This document shows positions 25,400 through 35,267 of a stretch of DNA of 36,317 nucleotides, in pieces. The notes below the pieces were generated by a model. The model had not been told where the DNA came from, ran no database searches, and saw only the letters and a list, made by a program, of their open reading frames with translations. Numbering within the stretch: position 1 is the stretch's first letter; each line of letters starts with the position of its first letter. The stretch spans positions 1-36,317 of the forward strand of contig CAZBLJ010000002.1 in the NCBI GenBank assembly GCA_964492605.1, written 5' to 3'. This DNA comes from an uncultured Puniceicoccaceae bacterium (GTDB lineage Bacteria; Verrucomicrobiota; Verrucomicrobiia; Opitutales; Puniceicoccaceae). A program made the position numbers and the translations under genes.

Positions 25400-25415
25400 G
25401 GTATTTTATGGACGG

Positions 25416-26099
25416 CTAGTTGAATAGTTCGCAGAAAGTGTCGGGTCCGAGCCCGCAGCCATTGGCTTCGTCGGTGTCCATGTGGACCTCCAGTTTGAAC
25501 GCCGGGTCGATCCGAACGAGAACCTTTTCGAAAACGGTTTGGCAGGGGCCGTGTACCCGCAATTTCATCAGGTCCTGATGCCGGACGCCGTAAAATTCCC
25601 CGTCCTCCGGTGCCATATGTACGTGGATGCCTGCGCGGATCACTCCCTCCGGCATCTCGAAGAATCCTTTCGGCCCCATCAACATGCAGCCGGGCGTCCC
25701 GGCGATGTCTCCGGAGAGACGGACGGGGATGTCGAAGCCGAGGGCCCGTGCATCCGTGAAGGCGAGTTCCACCTGGTTTAAAGTCCGGCAGGGACCGAGA
25801 ATGCGAAGGTTGGAAATCACCTTGCTGCGCGGGCCGATCAAAGTGACGGTCTCCTTCGCCGCATATTGACCTTCCTGGTAAAGCCACTTCATGGGAGTGA
25901 GCTGATGGCCCGGACCGAACAGGGTCTCGACGGCTTCCTGCGTCAGGTGGCAGTGGCGGGCGCTCGCATTGACTACCAGCGGGTTGGGTGCCTCCACGCT
26001 TCTGGGCAGTGCCAGGCCCATCCGGCTGTACACGGCGCGACGAACCATATGCTCGATTTGATGGCGGTTCGGGTTAGCAGATCGTGCAGGGATAGACAT
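25416..26099 (-). CDS. pduL: Phosphate propanoyltransferase PduL with N-terminal encapsulation peptide
   Basis: SARHCHL, LRILGPCR, IHVHM, EVHMDTDEAN; N-terminal helix NRHQIEHMVRRAVYSRMG. Confidence 0.93.
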   Translation of the reverse strand: MSIPARSANPNRHQIEHMVRRAVYSRMGLALPRSVEAPNPLVVNASARHCHLTQEAVETLFGPGHQLTPMKWLYQEGQYAAKETVTLIGPRSKVISNLRILGPCRTLNQVELAFTDARALGFDIPVRLSGDIAGTPGCMLMGPKGFFEMPEGVIRAGIHVHMAPEDGEFYGVRHQDLMKLRVHGPCQTVFEKVLVRIDPAFKLEVHMDTDEANGCGLGPDTFCELFN

Positions 26100-26307
26100 C
26101 TATAAAACGCTTTTGAGGGATCGTGGTCGCAAATGCAAGAAAATTTCCGCATGTATTTCCAAAAATACCCACATAAACCCAAATCCAGGGGAAAGACTCC
26201 TTCCCCTGCTTCGACTGGAAAGGCAAGCTGGAGCCATGGATGACGGATGGTGGCGGGATTGGCAGATCACCGTTGCCGAACCGCCTTTGACCGATATGGT
26301 TTGGAAC

Positions 26308-27429
26308 ATGGAAAAACCCGAACTCGCCGACGCCATCGACTCCATCCACCGGGTGCTCGCCGAAGCCGTCCGGCAAGGTGCGAGCGATATTCACATCAAG
26401 TCCAACAAGATCCCGGTGGTGCGCCTGCGGGGCGAATTGCTGGAATTGGAAGGTTTCAGTCCTCTGGCTCCCGATATCATCCAGACCTTCATCGAACAGA
26501 CCACGCAGGGGATTTTCCGGGATCAGTGGGAACAGGATTTTCAGGTGGATTACGCTTACCGATTGGCCGATGCAGGACGTTTCCGCGTCAACGGTTTTAT
26601 GCAACGGACCTTGCCCGGGCTCGTTTTCCGCCTGGTGAAGGAGAATCCGCCGTCTTTGGAAGAGCTGAACCACGACCCGGAACTGTTTCGGAAACTCTGC
26701 TACCAAAAGGACGGCATCATCCTGATCTGCGGGGCGACGGGCTCCGGCAAGAGTACCACTCTGGCGGCCATGCTCAACATGATCAATCGGGAGACCAGCA
26801 AACACATCGTCACGCTGGAAGATCCGATCGAATATACCTACACCGATGACAAATCGCTGATCAACCAACGGGAGATCGGGATCGATATCCACTCCTTCGA
26901 CAGCGGTCTGCGGGCCGTACTGCGGCAAGATCCCGACATCATCCTGATCGGGGAGATGCGGGACAAGGCGACCTTCGAAACGGCCCTGCGCGCGGCCGAA
27001 ACCGGCCATCTGGTTCTTTCCACCCTCCACGCGGCCCACTCCCAGCAGGCGGTGCGGCGGTTGTTCGAGTTTTTCCCGGCCGATCAGCAGGAGATCATGA
27101 AACGCCAGATCGCCGAAGCCCTCCGTTGCACCGTGATCCAGAAGTTGATCCCCAATCTGAAGGGAGACGGTCGGGTGCCGGCCAAGGAGGTCATGATGGT
27201 CGACGCTTCCATCCGCAAGCTGATCGAAACCGGTTCTTTCGAGAAATTGTATTCGGGTATCGAAGCCGGAAAGGACAGCGGATCCAACACCTTCAACGCG
27301 GATCTCTTCCGACTGGTCAAGGCGGGAGCGGTTTCGAAGGACATGGCCATGTCTTACTCGCCCAACCCCAAGCAGCTGGAAATGAATTTGAAAGGAATCT
27401 TCTTGAGTTCGGGCGGCCTTGTCAGCTGA
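26308..27429 (+). CDS. PilT/PilU-family type IV pilus retraction ATPase
   Basis: GASDIHI, GRFRVN, GATGSGKST, TLEDPIE, LRQDPDIILIGEMRD, AETGHLVLSTLH. The AIRNLIRE motif is degenerate (SIRKLIET). Start could be 26296. Confidence 0.92.
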   Translation: MEKPELADAIDSIHRVLAEAVRQGASDIHIKSNKIPVVRLRGELLELEGFSPLAPDIIQTFIEQTTQGIFRDQWEQDFQVDYAYRLADAGRFRVNGFMQRTLPGLVFRLVKENPPSLEELNHDPELFRKLCYQKDGIILICGATGSGKSTTLAAMLNMINRETSKHIVTLEDPIEYTYTDDKSLINQREIGIDIHSFDSGLRAVLRQDPDIILIGEMRDKATFETALRAAETGHLVLSTLHAAHSQQAVRRLFEFFPADQQEIMKRQIAEALRCTVIQKLIPNLKGDGRVPAKEVMMVDASIRKLIETGSFEKLYSGIEAGKDSGSNTFNADLFRLVKAGAVSKDMAMSYSPNPKQLEMNLKGIFLSSGGLVS

Positions 27430-27437
27430 ACAGGGGG

Positions 27438-28370
27438 ATGGAAAAAGAGAACCCGGGAATTTTGTTCGCCGGCCAGGGAGCCCAGGTCGTCGGAATGGGA
27501 AGGTCTTTCCTCGAACGCGGTCGCACGGGAAAGGAACGATTCGGCAACGCCAACGAAATTCTCGGTTGGGATTTGTCCTCGGCGGTATTCGAGGGCCCGG
27601 TGGAGCGACTGACCGAGACGCGCGTCTGCCAACCGGCGTTGTTCGTCCATGGAATCGTCGTCTTTGAAGAGCTGAAAGAGCGGGGAATCATCCGCGACGC
27701 GGCCGCCGTAGCGGGCCTTTCTCTCGGAGAACTGACGGCTTTGACCGCCGCCGGATCGATGGATTTCGAGACGGGGCTGAAGCTGGTGGCCGAACGGGGG
27801 CGTCTTATGCAGGAAGCCTGCGAGAGAACGGCCGGCAGCATGGCCAGCGTGATCGGAGGCACCCGTGAAGCCGTCGCCGAACTCTGCGAGGAATGCGGCG
27901 TCGAGATGGCCAATCTGAATTGCCCCGGCCAGATCGTTATCTCCGGCGAAAAAGAGGGGATCACCCGCGCCGTCGCCGTGGGAAAGGAAAAAGGGTTCAA
28001 ACTGGTCAAGGAACTCGTCGTCGCAGGCGCTTACCACAGCCGCTTGATGGAGTCGGCCCACGACCGCTTCGCACCTTTCGTCGAGGAGGCGTCGATTCGG
28101 TCGCCGGGTTGCCCCTTTTACGCCAATGTCAGTGGCAAACGGGTCGACGATCCGGCGGAAATCCGGCAGGGCCTTCTTTCCCAGGTCGTTTCCCCGGTCC
28201 TCTTCGAAGACTGTTTGCGTTCGATGGCCTCCGAGCAAGGCGACCCGATCGAGTTGGTCGAGTGCGGTCCCGGCAAGGTCCTGGCCGGACTCGTCCGCCG
28301 GACGGACCGGAGCTGGAATACCCGCTCCTTCGCCGAAGCGGAAGACCTCGACGGAGACGCTTCGGAATGA
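27438..28370 (+). CDS. fabD: Malonyl-CoA:ACP transacylase
   Basis: LFAGQGAQ, CQPALF, AGLSLGE, ERGRLMQ, GAYHSRLM, ECGPGKVLAGL. Confidence 0.95.
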   Translation: MEKENPGILFAGQGAQVVGMGRSFLERGRTGKERFGNANEILGWDLSSAVFEGPVERLTETRVCQPALFVHGIVVFEELKERGIIRDAAAVAGLSLGELTALTAAGSMDFETGLKLVAERGRLMQEACERTAGSMASVIGGTREAVAELCEECGVEMANLNCPGQIVISGEKEGITRAVAVGKEKGFKLVKELVVAGAYHSRLMESAHDRFAPFVEEASIRSPGCPFYANVSGKRVDDPAEIRQGLLSQVVSPVLFEDCLRSMASEQGDPIELVECGPGKVLAGLVRRTDRSWNTRSFAEAEDLDGDASE

Positions 28371-28452
28371 CATCCCGGAAAGATCCATTCTCCGTGACCT
28401 CTTTCTTTATCCTGCAATCCTGAGCGTGCCCTCCAAAAACCAGACCAAATCG

Positions 28453-30255
28453 GTGCGGTCCACCGCTTCCATCCGCAATTTTTGTATCATCGCGCACGTC
28501 GACCACGGCAAGACCACCCTGTCGGACCGGCTTCTCGAGCTGACAAAGACCGTCACGGAGCGAAACATGAAGGAGCAGGTCCTCGATTCGATGGATCTGG
28601 AGCGGGAACGCGGCATCACCATCAAGAGCCATCCGGTCTCCATGATCTACCAGGACGGCGAGGAGGAACTCCTCTTCAACCTCATCGACACTCCCGGCCA
28701 CGTGGATTTTTCCTACGAAGTGTCGCGGAGCCTGGCGGCCTGCGAAGGGGCTCTGCTCCTGATCGACGCGGCCCAGGGGATCGAGGCGCAAACCGTTGCC
28801 AACGCCCACCTCGCCGTCGCCCAGGGGCTGGAGGTCATCCCGGTGATCAACAAGGTCGACCTGCCCAGTGCCGAGCCGGAACGGATCATGGAACAGATCG
28901 AAGAAGTCCTGGCCATACCGGCCGAGGAGGCCATCCCGACCAGCGCCAAGTCCGGCTTCGGTATTCCGGACGTGATCCGGGCGGTAATCGACCGCGTGCC
29001 TACGCCGCGCTGGCTCGACGGCGTGGGCACCCGTGCGCTCGTATTCGACTGCGTCTACGATGCCTTCAAGGGAGTCATCTGCTACGTCCGCGTGTTCAGC
29101 GGCGATCTGCGGCAAGGCAGTCAGATTCATTTCATGGGGTCGGAGGTAAAGACCCAGATCAAGGAAGTGGGGCGCTTTTCGCCGCATATGGTGAGCGAGG
29201 AAAATCTTTCCGGCGGGCGCGTCGGCTACATCGTTACCGGGATTCGCGACGTTGCCGATGTGAAGCTTGGCGATACGGTCACCCGGGTGGACGACCCGGC
29301 GGAGGAAATGCTTCCCGGGTACAAAGAAGTGCGACCGATGGTTTTCAGCGGTATCTATCCGCTGGATACATCCGATTACGAGAAGCTCAAGGCCAGCGTC
29401 GCGAAGCTCCGGCTCAATGACGCTGCTTTCGTCTACCAGAGCGAGAGTTCCACCGCCCTCGGTTTCGGATTCCGCTGCGGATTCCTCGGTCTCCTGCACA
29501 TGGAGATCGTCCAGGAAAGAATTCGCCGGGAGTATGATCTGGACATCCTTTCCACGTACCCGAGCGTGGTGTACCGCCTCCGAAAGACCGACGGCACCGA
29601 GATGGAGCTGGACAACCCCGCCTTCTTTCCCGAAGCGACCGAAGTCGAGTGGATCGAGGAGCCCATGATTACCGCCACGGTCCATACCCCGAACGATTCG
29701 ATCGGGGATATCCTGGCGCTCATCTCGGAGAAACGCGGACTGTGCGAGCAGACCGAGACCATCGATGCCTCGCGGGTCATGATCACCGCCCGCATCCCGC
29801 TCAACGAGATCCTCGTCGACTTCAACGACCGACTCAAGAGCGTGACCCACGGCTACGGCAGCATGGACTACGAGCCCTCCGGCTACGAACAGGCGAATCT
29901 GGTGCGGATGGAGATCATGGTAAACGGCGAGGTGATTGAAGCCTTCTCGTCCATCGTCCACCGGGACAAGGCGGAAAGCCGCGGTCGGGTCCTCTGCGGG
30001 AAACTCAAGGAACTGCTGCCGAAGCAATTGTTCAAGGTGGCGATCCAGGCGGCGGTCAACGGGACGGTCGTCGCCCGCGAAACCCTCTCCGCCATGAGAA
30101 AGGATGTCACGGCCAAATGTTACGGCGGCGATATTTCGCGGAAACGGAAGTTGCTGGAGAAGCAAAAGGAAGGCAAAAAGAGGATGAAACAGATCGGCTC
30201 GGTGTCCATTCCCCAGGAGGCCTTCGTGCAGGTCCTTAAAAGCAAGCAGGAGTAA
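28453..30255 (+). CDS. lepA: Elongation factor 4
   Basis: IRNFCIIAHVDHGKTTL, ERERGITIK, DTPGHVDF, FRCGFLGLLHMEI, RKDVTAKCYGGDISRKRKLLEKQK. The GTG start is 28453 or 28426. Confidence 0.97.
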   Translation: MRSTASIRNFCIIAHVDHGKTTLSDRLLELTKTVTERNMKEQVLDSMDLERERGITIKSHPVSMIYQDGEEELLFNLIDTPGHVDFSYEVSRSLAACEGALLLIDAAQGIEAQTVANAHLAVAQGLEVIPVINKVDLPSAEPERIMEQIEEVLAIPAEEAIPTSAKSGFGIPDVIRAVIDRVPTPRWLDGVGTRALVFDCVYDAFKGVICYVRVFSGDLRQGSQIHFMGSEVKTQIKEVGRFSPHMVSEENLSGGRVGYIVTGIRDVADVKLGDTVTRVDDPAEEMLPGYKEVRPMVFSGIYPLDTSDYEKLKASVAKLRLNDAAFVYQSESSTALGFGFRCGFLGLLHMEIVQERIRREYDLDILSTYPSVVYRLRKTDGTEMELDNPAFFPEATEVEWIEEPMITATVHTPNDSIGDILALISEKRGLCEQTETIDASRVMITARIPLNEILVDFNDRLKSVTHGYGSMDYEPSGYEQANLVRMEIMVNGEVIEAFSSIVHRDKAESRGRVLCGKLKELLPKQLFKVAIQAAVNGTVVARETLSAMRKDVTAKCYGGDISRKRKLLEKQKEGKKRMKQIGSVSIPQEAFVQVLKSKQE

Positions 30256-30263
30256 AGCGGTAG

Positions 30264-31550
30264 ATGTTCACCTTTTCAGCCACGAAGAAGCTACGGAAAC
30301 GGGCCGGCGAATTCGCCGAGGTCGCCCGGAAGATCCACAACTACCGCAAGGACGTTCTTCCGGAGGAAGCTCTTTCGGAACTCGGTTCGGTCTACGACGG
30401 GGCCAGCGCCCTTGCTTCGGACAAATCCCTGAGCGCCGAGAAGCTGGCCGACAGGGAAGGGGAGTGGGAGTCCGTTCTGAAAAAGCACGGAGGGCACATC
30501 TACCCGAAGACCTTCCTCAACGATAACATCGAAACCTTTCTGGTTGCGGCGATCATCGTCCTCGGAGTCAGGGCCTTTTTTCTCCAGCCCTTTATCATCC
30601 CGACCAACTCGATGTATCCGACCTACAGCGGGATGTATCACCAGATTTACGACGAAGAGGACCGTCCGTCGATGTTGGCCCAACCGCTCCGCTTCCTCTT
30701 CCTCGGAGCACGCAACCGGGAGGTCGTTGCGGAAGGCTCGGGAAACGCGATTCTGCCCCTGCGGATCGGGCGCGACGACCGGGGAAATCTCACCGGCGAG
30801 GCCGCCTACGATGTGGTCCCGGCCAGGAAGTGGTTGGTCGTGCCGACGAAAAACAAGCGCTATCCGATCCTTATGGAGGGGGAGCCCGCGTATTTCGAAG
30901 TCCCGCTGGAATTCAACGCCGACGCCGTGCTGCTGGACCGGTTCTACCCGGATGCGAACGACTGGGCCGAGGTCTTCGCCCGGGAGCGGGCTACCGGCCG
31001 CCTGCGGATCGAGAACGGCGGGCGCGCTTTCCTGATGCTTCCCGGACAATACGAAGCCGGCGAGGAGATCCTCAACTTCGACATCCTGAGCGGGGACGCC
31101 CTGTTCGTGGACCGGTTTACCTATCACTTTTTTCCGCCGGAAACCGGCGAACCGATTGTTTTCCGGACCGGAGGAATCGTCGGACCGAAAGGGCCGTTGG
31201 ACGACAAATATTACATCAAACGTCTGGCCGGGACCGGCGAACAAACCCTGGCCATCGACGATCCGGTCCTGTTTGTGAACGGCGAACCGGCCGACCAGAG
31301 CAAGGCCTTCGTAAAAAACAACGAGCAGATCGACGGATACGACGGATACGTAAGCGGGTGGAACGGGATGCAATACCTGGATCCGGGAACCTCTTACGAA
31401 ATCCCGGAGAACGAATTCTTCGTCCTGGGCGACAATTCCCGGAACAGCCAGGACAGCCGGTATTTCGGGTCTTTCGATGAAAAGCGGGTCATCGGAAGGG
31501 CTCTGTTCATCTACTATCCCTTCACCAAACGCTGGGGCCCGGCGGAATGA
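30264..31550 (+). CDS. lepB: Signal peptidase I (long form with N-terminal extension and insert)
   Basis: FIIPTNSMYPT (catalytic Ser), YIKRL (Lys), GDNSRNSQDSRYFG; follows lepA. Confidence 0.93.
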   Translation: MFTFSATKKLRKRAGEFAEVARKIHNYRKDVLPEEALSELGSVYDGASALASDKSLSAEKLADREGEWESVLKKHGGHIYPKTFLNDNIETFLVAAIIVLGVRAFFLQPFIIPTNSMYPTYSGMYHQIYDEEDRPSMLAQPLRFLFLGARNREVVAEGSGNAILPLRIGRDDRGNLTGEAAYDVVPARKWLVVPTKNKRYPILMEGEPAYFEVPLEFNADAVLLDRFYPDANDWAEVFARERATGRLRIENGGRAFLMLPGQYEAGEEILNFDILSGDALFVDRFTYHFFPPETGEPIVFRTGGIVGPKGPLDDKYYIKRLAGTGEQTLAIDDPVLFVNGEPADQSKAFVKNNEQIDGYDGYVSGWNGMQYLDPGTSYEIPENEFFVLGDNSRNSQDSRYFGSFDEKRVIGRALFIYYPFTKRWGPAE

Positions 31551-32320
31551 GCCATTGTCCAACAAAAATGTCCTCCGAATCAAGCCAGGCAGGTGGGTCT
31601 AAGGGCCGGAAATCGACGAACGAAGAAATCCGCGAACGTTTCGATAATGATGTCGAGCGGTTTTCCGACCTGGATACGGGGCAGGCCGCTACAATCGACG
31701 CTCCGCTGGTCATGGAGCTAATCACTCAAGCAGCGATTTCTGCGACTCCGGTCATCCGTCGATGCCTGGATATCGGATGCGGCGCGGGGAACAATACCAT
31801 CAAGTTGCTGAGAGAGTATTCGGGGAGTTTTGATTGCGACCTCTGTGACTTGAGCGAGCGGATGTTGCGGAAGGCGGAAGAAAGGCTTTTGTCGGAGACT
31901 GGCGGTATCATTCGAAAGTTCTGCGGAGACATCCGGGAACTTATCCTGCCGGAAAGTGGATACGACGTGATTCTTGCAGCAGCGGTTCTTCATCACTTGC
32001 GAGATGAGGAGGATTGGGAATCGACCTTTCGGAAAATCCATTCCTTACTGCGCCCGGGCGGTTCGTTTTGGATTACGGATTTGGTGACGCAGGAAAACAC
32101 CCAGGTTCATGCCTTGATGTGGCAGCGGTATGCGGACTATCTGATCGACCAGGGAGGTCGGGAATATCAGGAGAATGTCTTCGCATACATTGAAAAAGAA
32201 GATTCTCCGCGATCTTTGACCTTTCAGCTCGAACTGCTGAAGCGGGTTGGATTCGAAACCACGGAGGTTCTACACAAGAATTCATGTTTCGCGGCCTTTG
32301 GAGCCATCAAAAGCGGATAA
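31547..32320 (+). CDS. Class I SAM-dependent methyltransferase (CmoA-like fold)
   Basis: LDIGCGAG, CDLSERML, VLHHL, LLRPGG; ATGA overlap with the lepB stop. Confidence 0.85.
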   Translation: MSHCPTKMSSESSQAGGSKGRKSTNEEIRERFDNDVERFSDLDTGQAATIDAPLVMELITQAAISATPVIRRCLDIGCGAGNNTIKLLREYSGSFDCDLCDLSERMLRKAEERLLSETGGIIRKFCGDIRELILPESGYDVILAAAVLHHLRDEEDWESTFRKIHSLLRPGGSFWITDLVTQENTQVHALMWQRYADYLIDQGGREYQENVFAYIEKEDSPRSLTFQLELLKRVGFETTEVLHKNSCFAAFGAIKSG

Positions 32321-32373
32321 TGGTTCAATCCCGGATTTTGGAAAGTCTTGATGGTCAATCTGAAACCGATAGT

Positions 32374-32401
32374 TATGCGCACAATATACATTATGTCTAA
32401 T
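32374..32401. other. dif-like XerC/XerD recombination site
   Basis: TATGCGCACAA-TATACA-TTATGTCTAAT (11-6-11) compared with E. coli dif GGTGCGCATAA-TGTATA-TTATGTTAAAT. AT-rich, intergenic, between convergent genes. Confidence 0.8.
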
Positions 32402-32445
32402 TTTGGTTTTCGGCTTTCGTCGGAACTCATCCCCTTCGCGCTTGG

Positions 32446-34152
32446 TCAATCCCCTCCGCGCTTGTGCGCCACCCCGGAGAGGACGAGCAAGATCGCCGCA
32501 GCGGCATGGATCCCGAGGATCAGGAGGCTGAGAGCTACCGGCGGGACCGACTCGCCCGTCACCATGGCCGCCGCATCGTAGAGTCCGGTATCCCGGAACG
32601 ATCCGAGATACGAGGCCCAGCCCCAATACGTGGTGATCACCGTCCGCACCACCTCGTTGAACGGCCCCGGCAGCGTCAGCACGATCCCGGACAGCGGCAA
32701 TTGGAACCCGACGACGTAAACGGCCAGCAAGGACGCTTTTTCTCCCGATTTCATCCAGGCGGAAAAGCCCAGCGCCAGCCAGGACAAGGCCACCGAAACG
32801 AGAACCAGGGTCACCGCCTGCACCCAGAAAGACCCGGGGAAATGAACCACCGATTTCACGATGATCGTCATGGCGAGACCCTGAACGACGGCCACCGCCC
32901 CGGTGAAGACGATCTTCTCGAGGCAATACGGTCCGCCTTTGAGACCCCGGAGCGTCTCCTGCAAAAACAAGTCCCCTTCCGGTGCGATTTCCCGGGCCCC
33001 GTTGTTGCTTCCGGTGAGGGTCAGCAGTACGACCTGGAACAGGATCAAGCTGCTGACCAGCGATCCGAGATCGGCCGCCTCCTTTGTGAAAGCGATCTGA
33101 CCGCGGAGATTCTCGATCACGCCGAGCCCCGCGTCCATCGACATCCGGGAGAGTTGGGGAATCCCATCCAAAGCAAAGATGACCACCAGGAGCGGAAAGC
33201 CGATCGTGATGGCGGCGGTTAAAAACAGAAACCCTCGATCCCGGAAAAACAACAGCGCCCTTCTTCTGAGTAAAGTCGCCGCCTGTTTCGACGCCGAAGC
33301 CGGATGCGGTCGCCGCATGTCCGCAAGCGGCACTTCCCCTCTTCTCCGTTCCTCGCCGGACTCCGGGTCCTCGCCCGAAACTTCCGTCTCCCGGTGCCTC
33401 CAGCGATCGACCCAGTCGACGGATCCCCGGGATTCCCCCAGGAGTCGAAAGAGCTGCACCGGCTCGGGCAAATCGAACCATTTCCGAAAATCCGCGTAAT
33501 CGCCTTCGAAGATCTTCTCCCCCGCATCGAGCACCACGATCCAGTCGAACCGGTGCAAATGGTGAAGGTTATGAATGACGTTCACCGTCGTTTTTCCATA
33601 TCGCTCCACCAGCTCCCGGATGAGATCCAGGATCCCCTCCTCCGACTCGGGATCCAGACCCGCCGTGACTTCGTCGCAGAAAAGCAGCGACGGATCGGCC
33701 ACCAGTTCGAGCGCGAGAGCCATTCTCCGTAGCTGTCCGCCGGACAGCCGTCCCACGAGATTTCCCCGGAGCGCCGAGAGGCCCGTTTCGTCGAGAAGTC
33801 GTTCGAGACGCTGCTTCTCTTCCTCCGGGGGGATGTCGAGCAGTTGCAGCGAAAACGTCAGCGATTCCTCCACGGTCAATTCGGAATGCGCTACGCAGAA
33901 TTGCGGCACGTACCCGACGCGCCCCACCCGGTCGTCCCTGGCGGTCAGAACCTCGCCTTCGAAGCGGAAGGTTCCCTCGGACTTCATGCCGGAGGCGCTC
34001 ACCGCCGCGCGGACGAGGGTCGTTTTTCCACAGCCCGACGGTCCGATGATGGCGTTCATCGCACCGGGCTTCAGACTCAAAGATACGTCCCGCAGGACGG
34101 CGTCTTCCTTCTTTCCCGCAGGATATACGGTCAGATGTTCGATCTCCATCAT
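32446..34152 (-). CDS. ABC transporter, fused NBD-TMD half transporter (ABCG/White-like architecture)
   Basis: GPSGCGKT, LSGGQ, LFCDE, H-loop VIH, then about six TM segments. Confidence 0.88.
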   Translation of the reverse strand: MMEIEHLTVYPAGKKEDAVLRDVSLSLKPGAMNAIIGPSGCGKTTLVRAAVSASGMKSEGTFRFEGEVLTARDDRVGRVGYVPQFCVAHSELTVEESLTFSLQLLDIPPEEEKQRLERLLDETGLSALRGNLVGRLSGGQLRRMALALELVADPSLLFCDEVTAGLDPESEEGILDLIRELVERYGKTTVNVIHNLHHLHRFDWIVVLDAGEKIFEGDYADFRKWFDLPEPVQLFRLLGESRGSVDWVDRWRHRETEVSGEDPESGEERRRGEVPLADMRRPHPASASKQAATLLRRRALLFFRDRGFLFLTAAITIGFPLLVVIFALDGIPQLSRMSMDAGLGVIENLRGQIAFTKEAADLGSLVSSLILFQVVLLTLTGSNNGAREIAPEGDLFLQETLRGLKGGPYCLEKIVFTGAVAVVQGLAMTIIVKSVVHFPGSFWVQAVTLVLVSVALSWLALGFSAWMKSGEKASLLAVYVVGFQLPLSGIVLTLPGPFNEVVRTVITTYWGWASYLGSFRDTGLYDAAAMVTGESVPPVALSLLILGIHAAAAILLVLSGVAHKRGGD

Positions 34153-35267
34153 GGACTTGCTTTGGAAGGGTTGCCGGGCGTGAAACTTTGCATCCGTTCG
34201 AAGATGGCGAGATAATCCCGTGCCCTTGCGGCCGGGTCAAACCGGGATCGCACTCGCGGGCTCACCCCGGCCTCCAGCCCGGCACCGGGTAATCCCTCGG
34301 TTACGACCCGTTCCATGGTCCGCCGTAACGCCGCCAACCCCTCGGCCGAATCGGGATAAACCCTTCCGTCTCGATCCGATTCGACGATGTCCGCCACTCC
34401 CGCGCAACGGGTTGCCAGGACCGGCACTCCAAACCACAGGGACTCCACCAGAGCGTTGGGAGAAGACTCCTCCCGGGAAACGGAGACGGTGACGTCCGAC
34501 GCGGCCAGGAACCGTTCGGGATCGGTGCGATCGCCCCAGAAACGGATGCGATTCGGATCCGGTCCGGCCGCGGCGCGCCGTTGGAGCCGCCGTCGGCAGG
34601 GTCCGTCGCCGACGAACCAGAGGAAAGCGCCTTTCCGGATCTGCGGTGGCATCCCATCCCACACGTCGAGCAGCCGATGCTGGGCCTTTCCGGGCACAAA
34701 GGAGCCCATGCAAAGAAAGACCTTCCCGCTTCCGTCCACCCCCAAAGCGGATCGGGCGGCGGAAGGCTCGGGAAGAGAGACGCCGGCCAGTCGACAGCCG
34801 TTCTCGATCACGGAAATGGCTCCGGCTCCGACCCCGGCCTCTATCGCCCGTTCTCTCGCATAAGCGCTGTTGACCACCACCTTCTCCGCCTCGCCGAGAA
34901 GCCTTCGATAGCCGCCGGGAATTTTCCGACCGCCCCGCAAGGTGGCCACCAGCCCAGGATGTTGTCCCGCGCTCAATGCGCGCGCGAGCGACCAGTGGGC
35001 GTTGCGTCCGAAGCAGATGACTTTTTCGGGAGCGAGTTTCCGCAGGAGCCGGGTCAGTCCCGGCGCCCACCAGTTGAACGGAGTCTGCCCCGGTTGCAGG
35101 TAAACGGGGTCGGGACCTTCGGAGGCCATCCGGGCCAGAGCCCCTCCCCTGCGAAAGACGATCCGGCGGACCTCGTGCCCGTCGTCGGCCCACCGGCGGG
35201 TCAGGTCCAGAAATTGCGCCTCGGTCCCGCCGGTCCGCAAGTGATCCTGAATCGCGGCGATCCTCAT
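34149..35267 (-). CDS. Glycosyltransferase family 4 (GT-B)
   Basis: Start MRIAAIQDHLRTGGTE (ATGA-coupled). GSFVPGKAQ, VGDGP, SREESSPNALVESLWFGVPVLAT. Confidence 0.88.
   Translation of the reverse strand: MRIAAIQDHLRTGGTEAQFLDLTRRWADDGHEVRRIVFRRGGALARMASEGPDPVYLQPGQTPFNWWAPGLTRLLRKLAPEKVICFGRNAHWSLARALSAGQHPGLVATLRGGRKIPGGYRRLLGEAEKVVVNSAYARERAIEAGVGAGAISVIENGCRLAGVSLPEPSAARSALGVDGSGKVFLCMGSFVPGKAQHRLLDVWDGMPPQIRKGAFLWFVGDGPCRRRLQRRAAAGPDPNRIRFWGDRTDPERFLAASDVTVSVSREESSPNALVESLWFGVPVLATRCAGVADIVESDRDGRVYPDSAEGLAALRRTMERVVTEGLPGAGLEAGVSPRVRSRFDPAARARDYLAIFERMQSFTPGNPSKASP

Noticed and set aside
26308-27429. PilT as a BMC-positioning ATPase
   Set aside because: It is transcribed divergently with fabD-lepA-lepB; only adjacency supports a link.
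32372-32378. GTTATGC as an integron attC core site
   Set aside because: No matching inverse core site or long hairpin, and no integrase; the dif interpretation fits far better.
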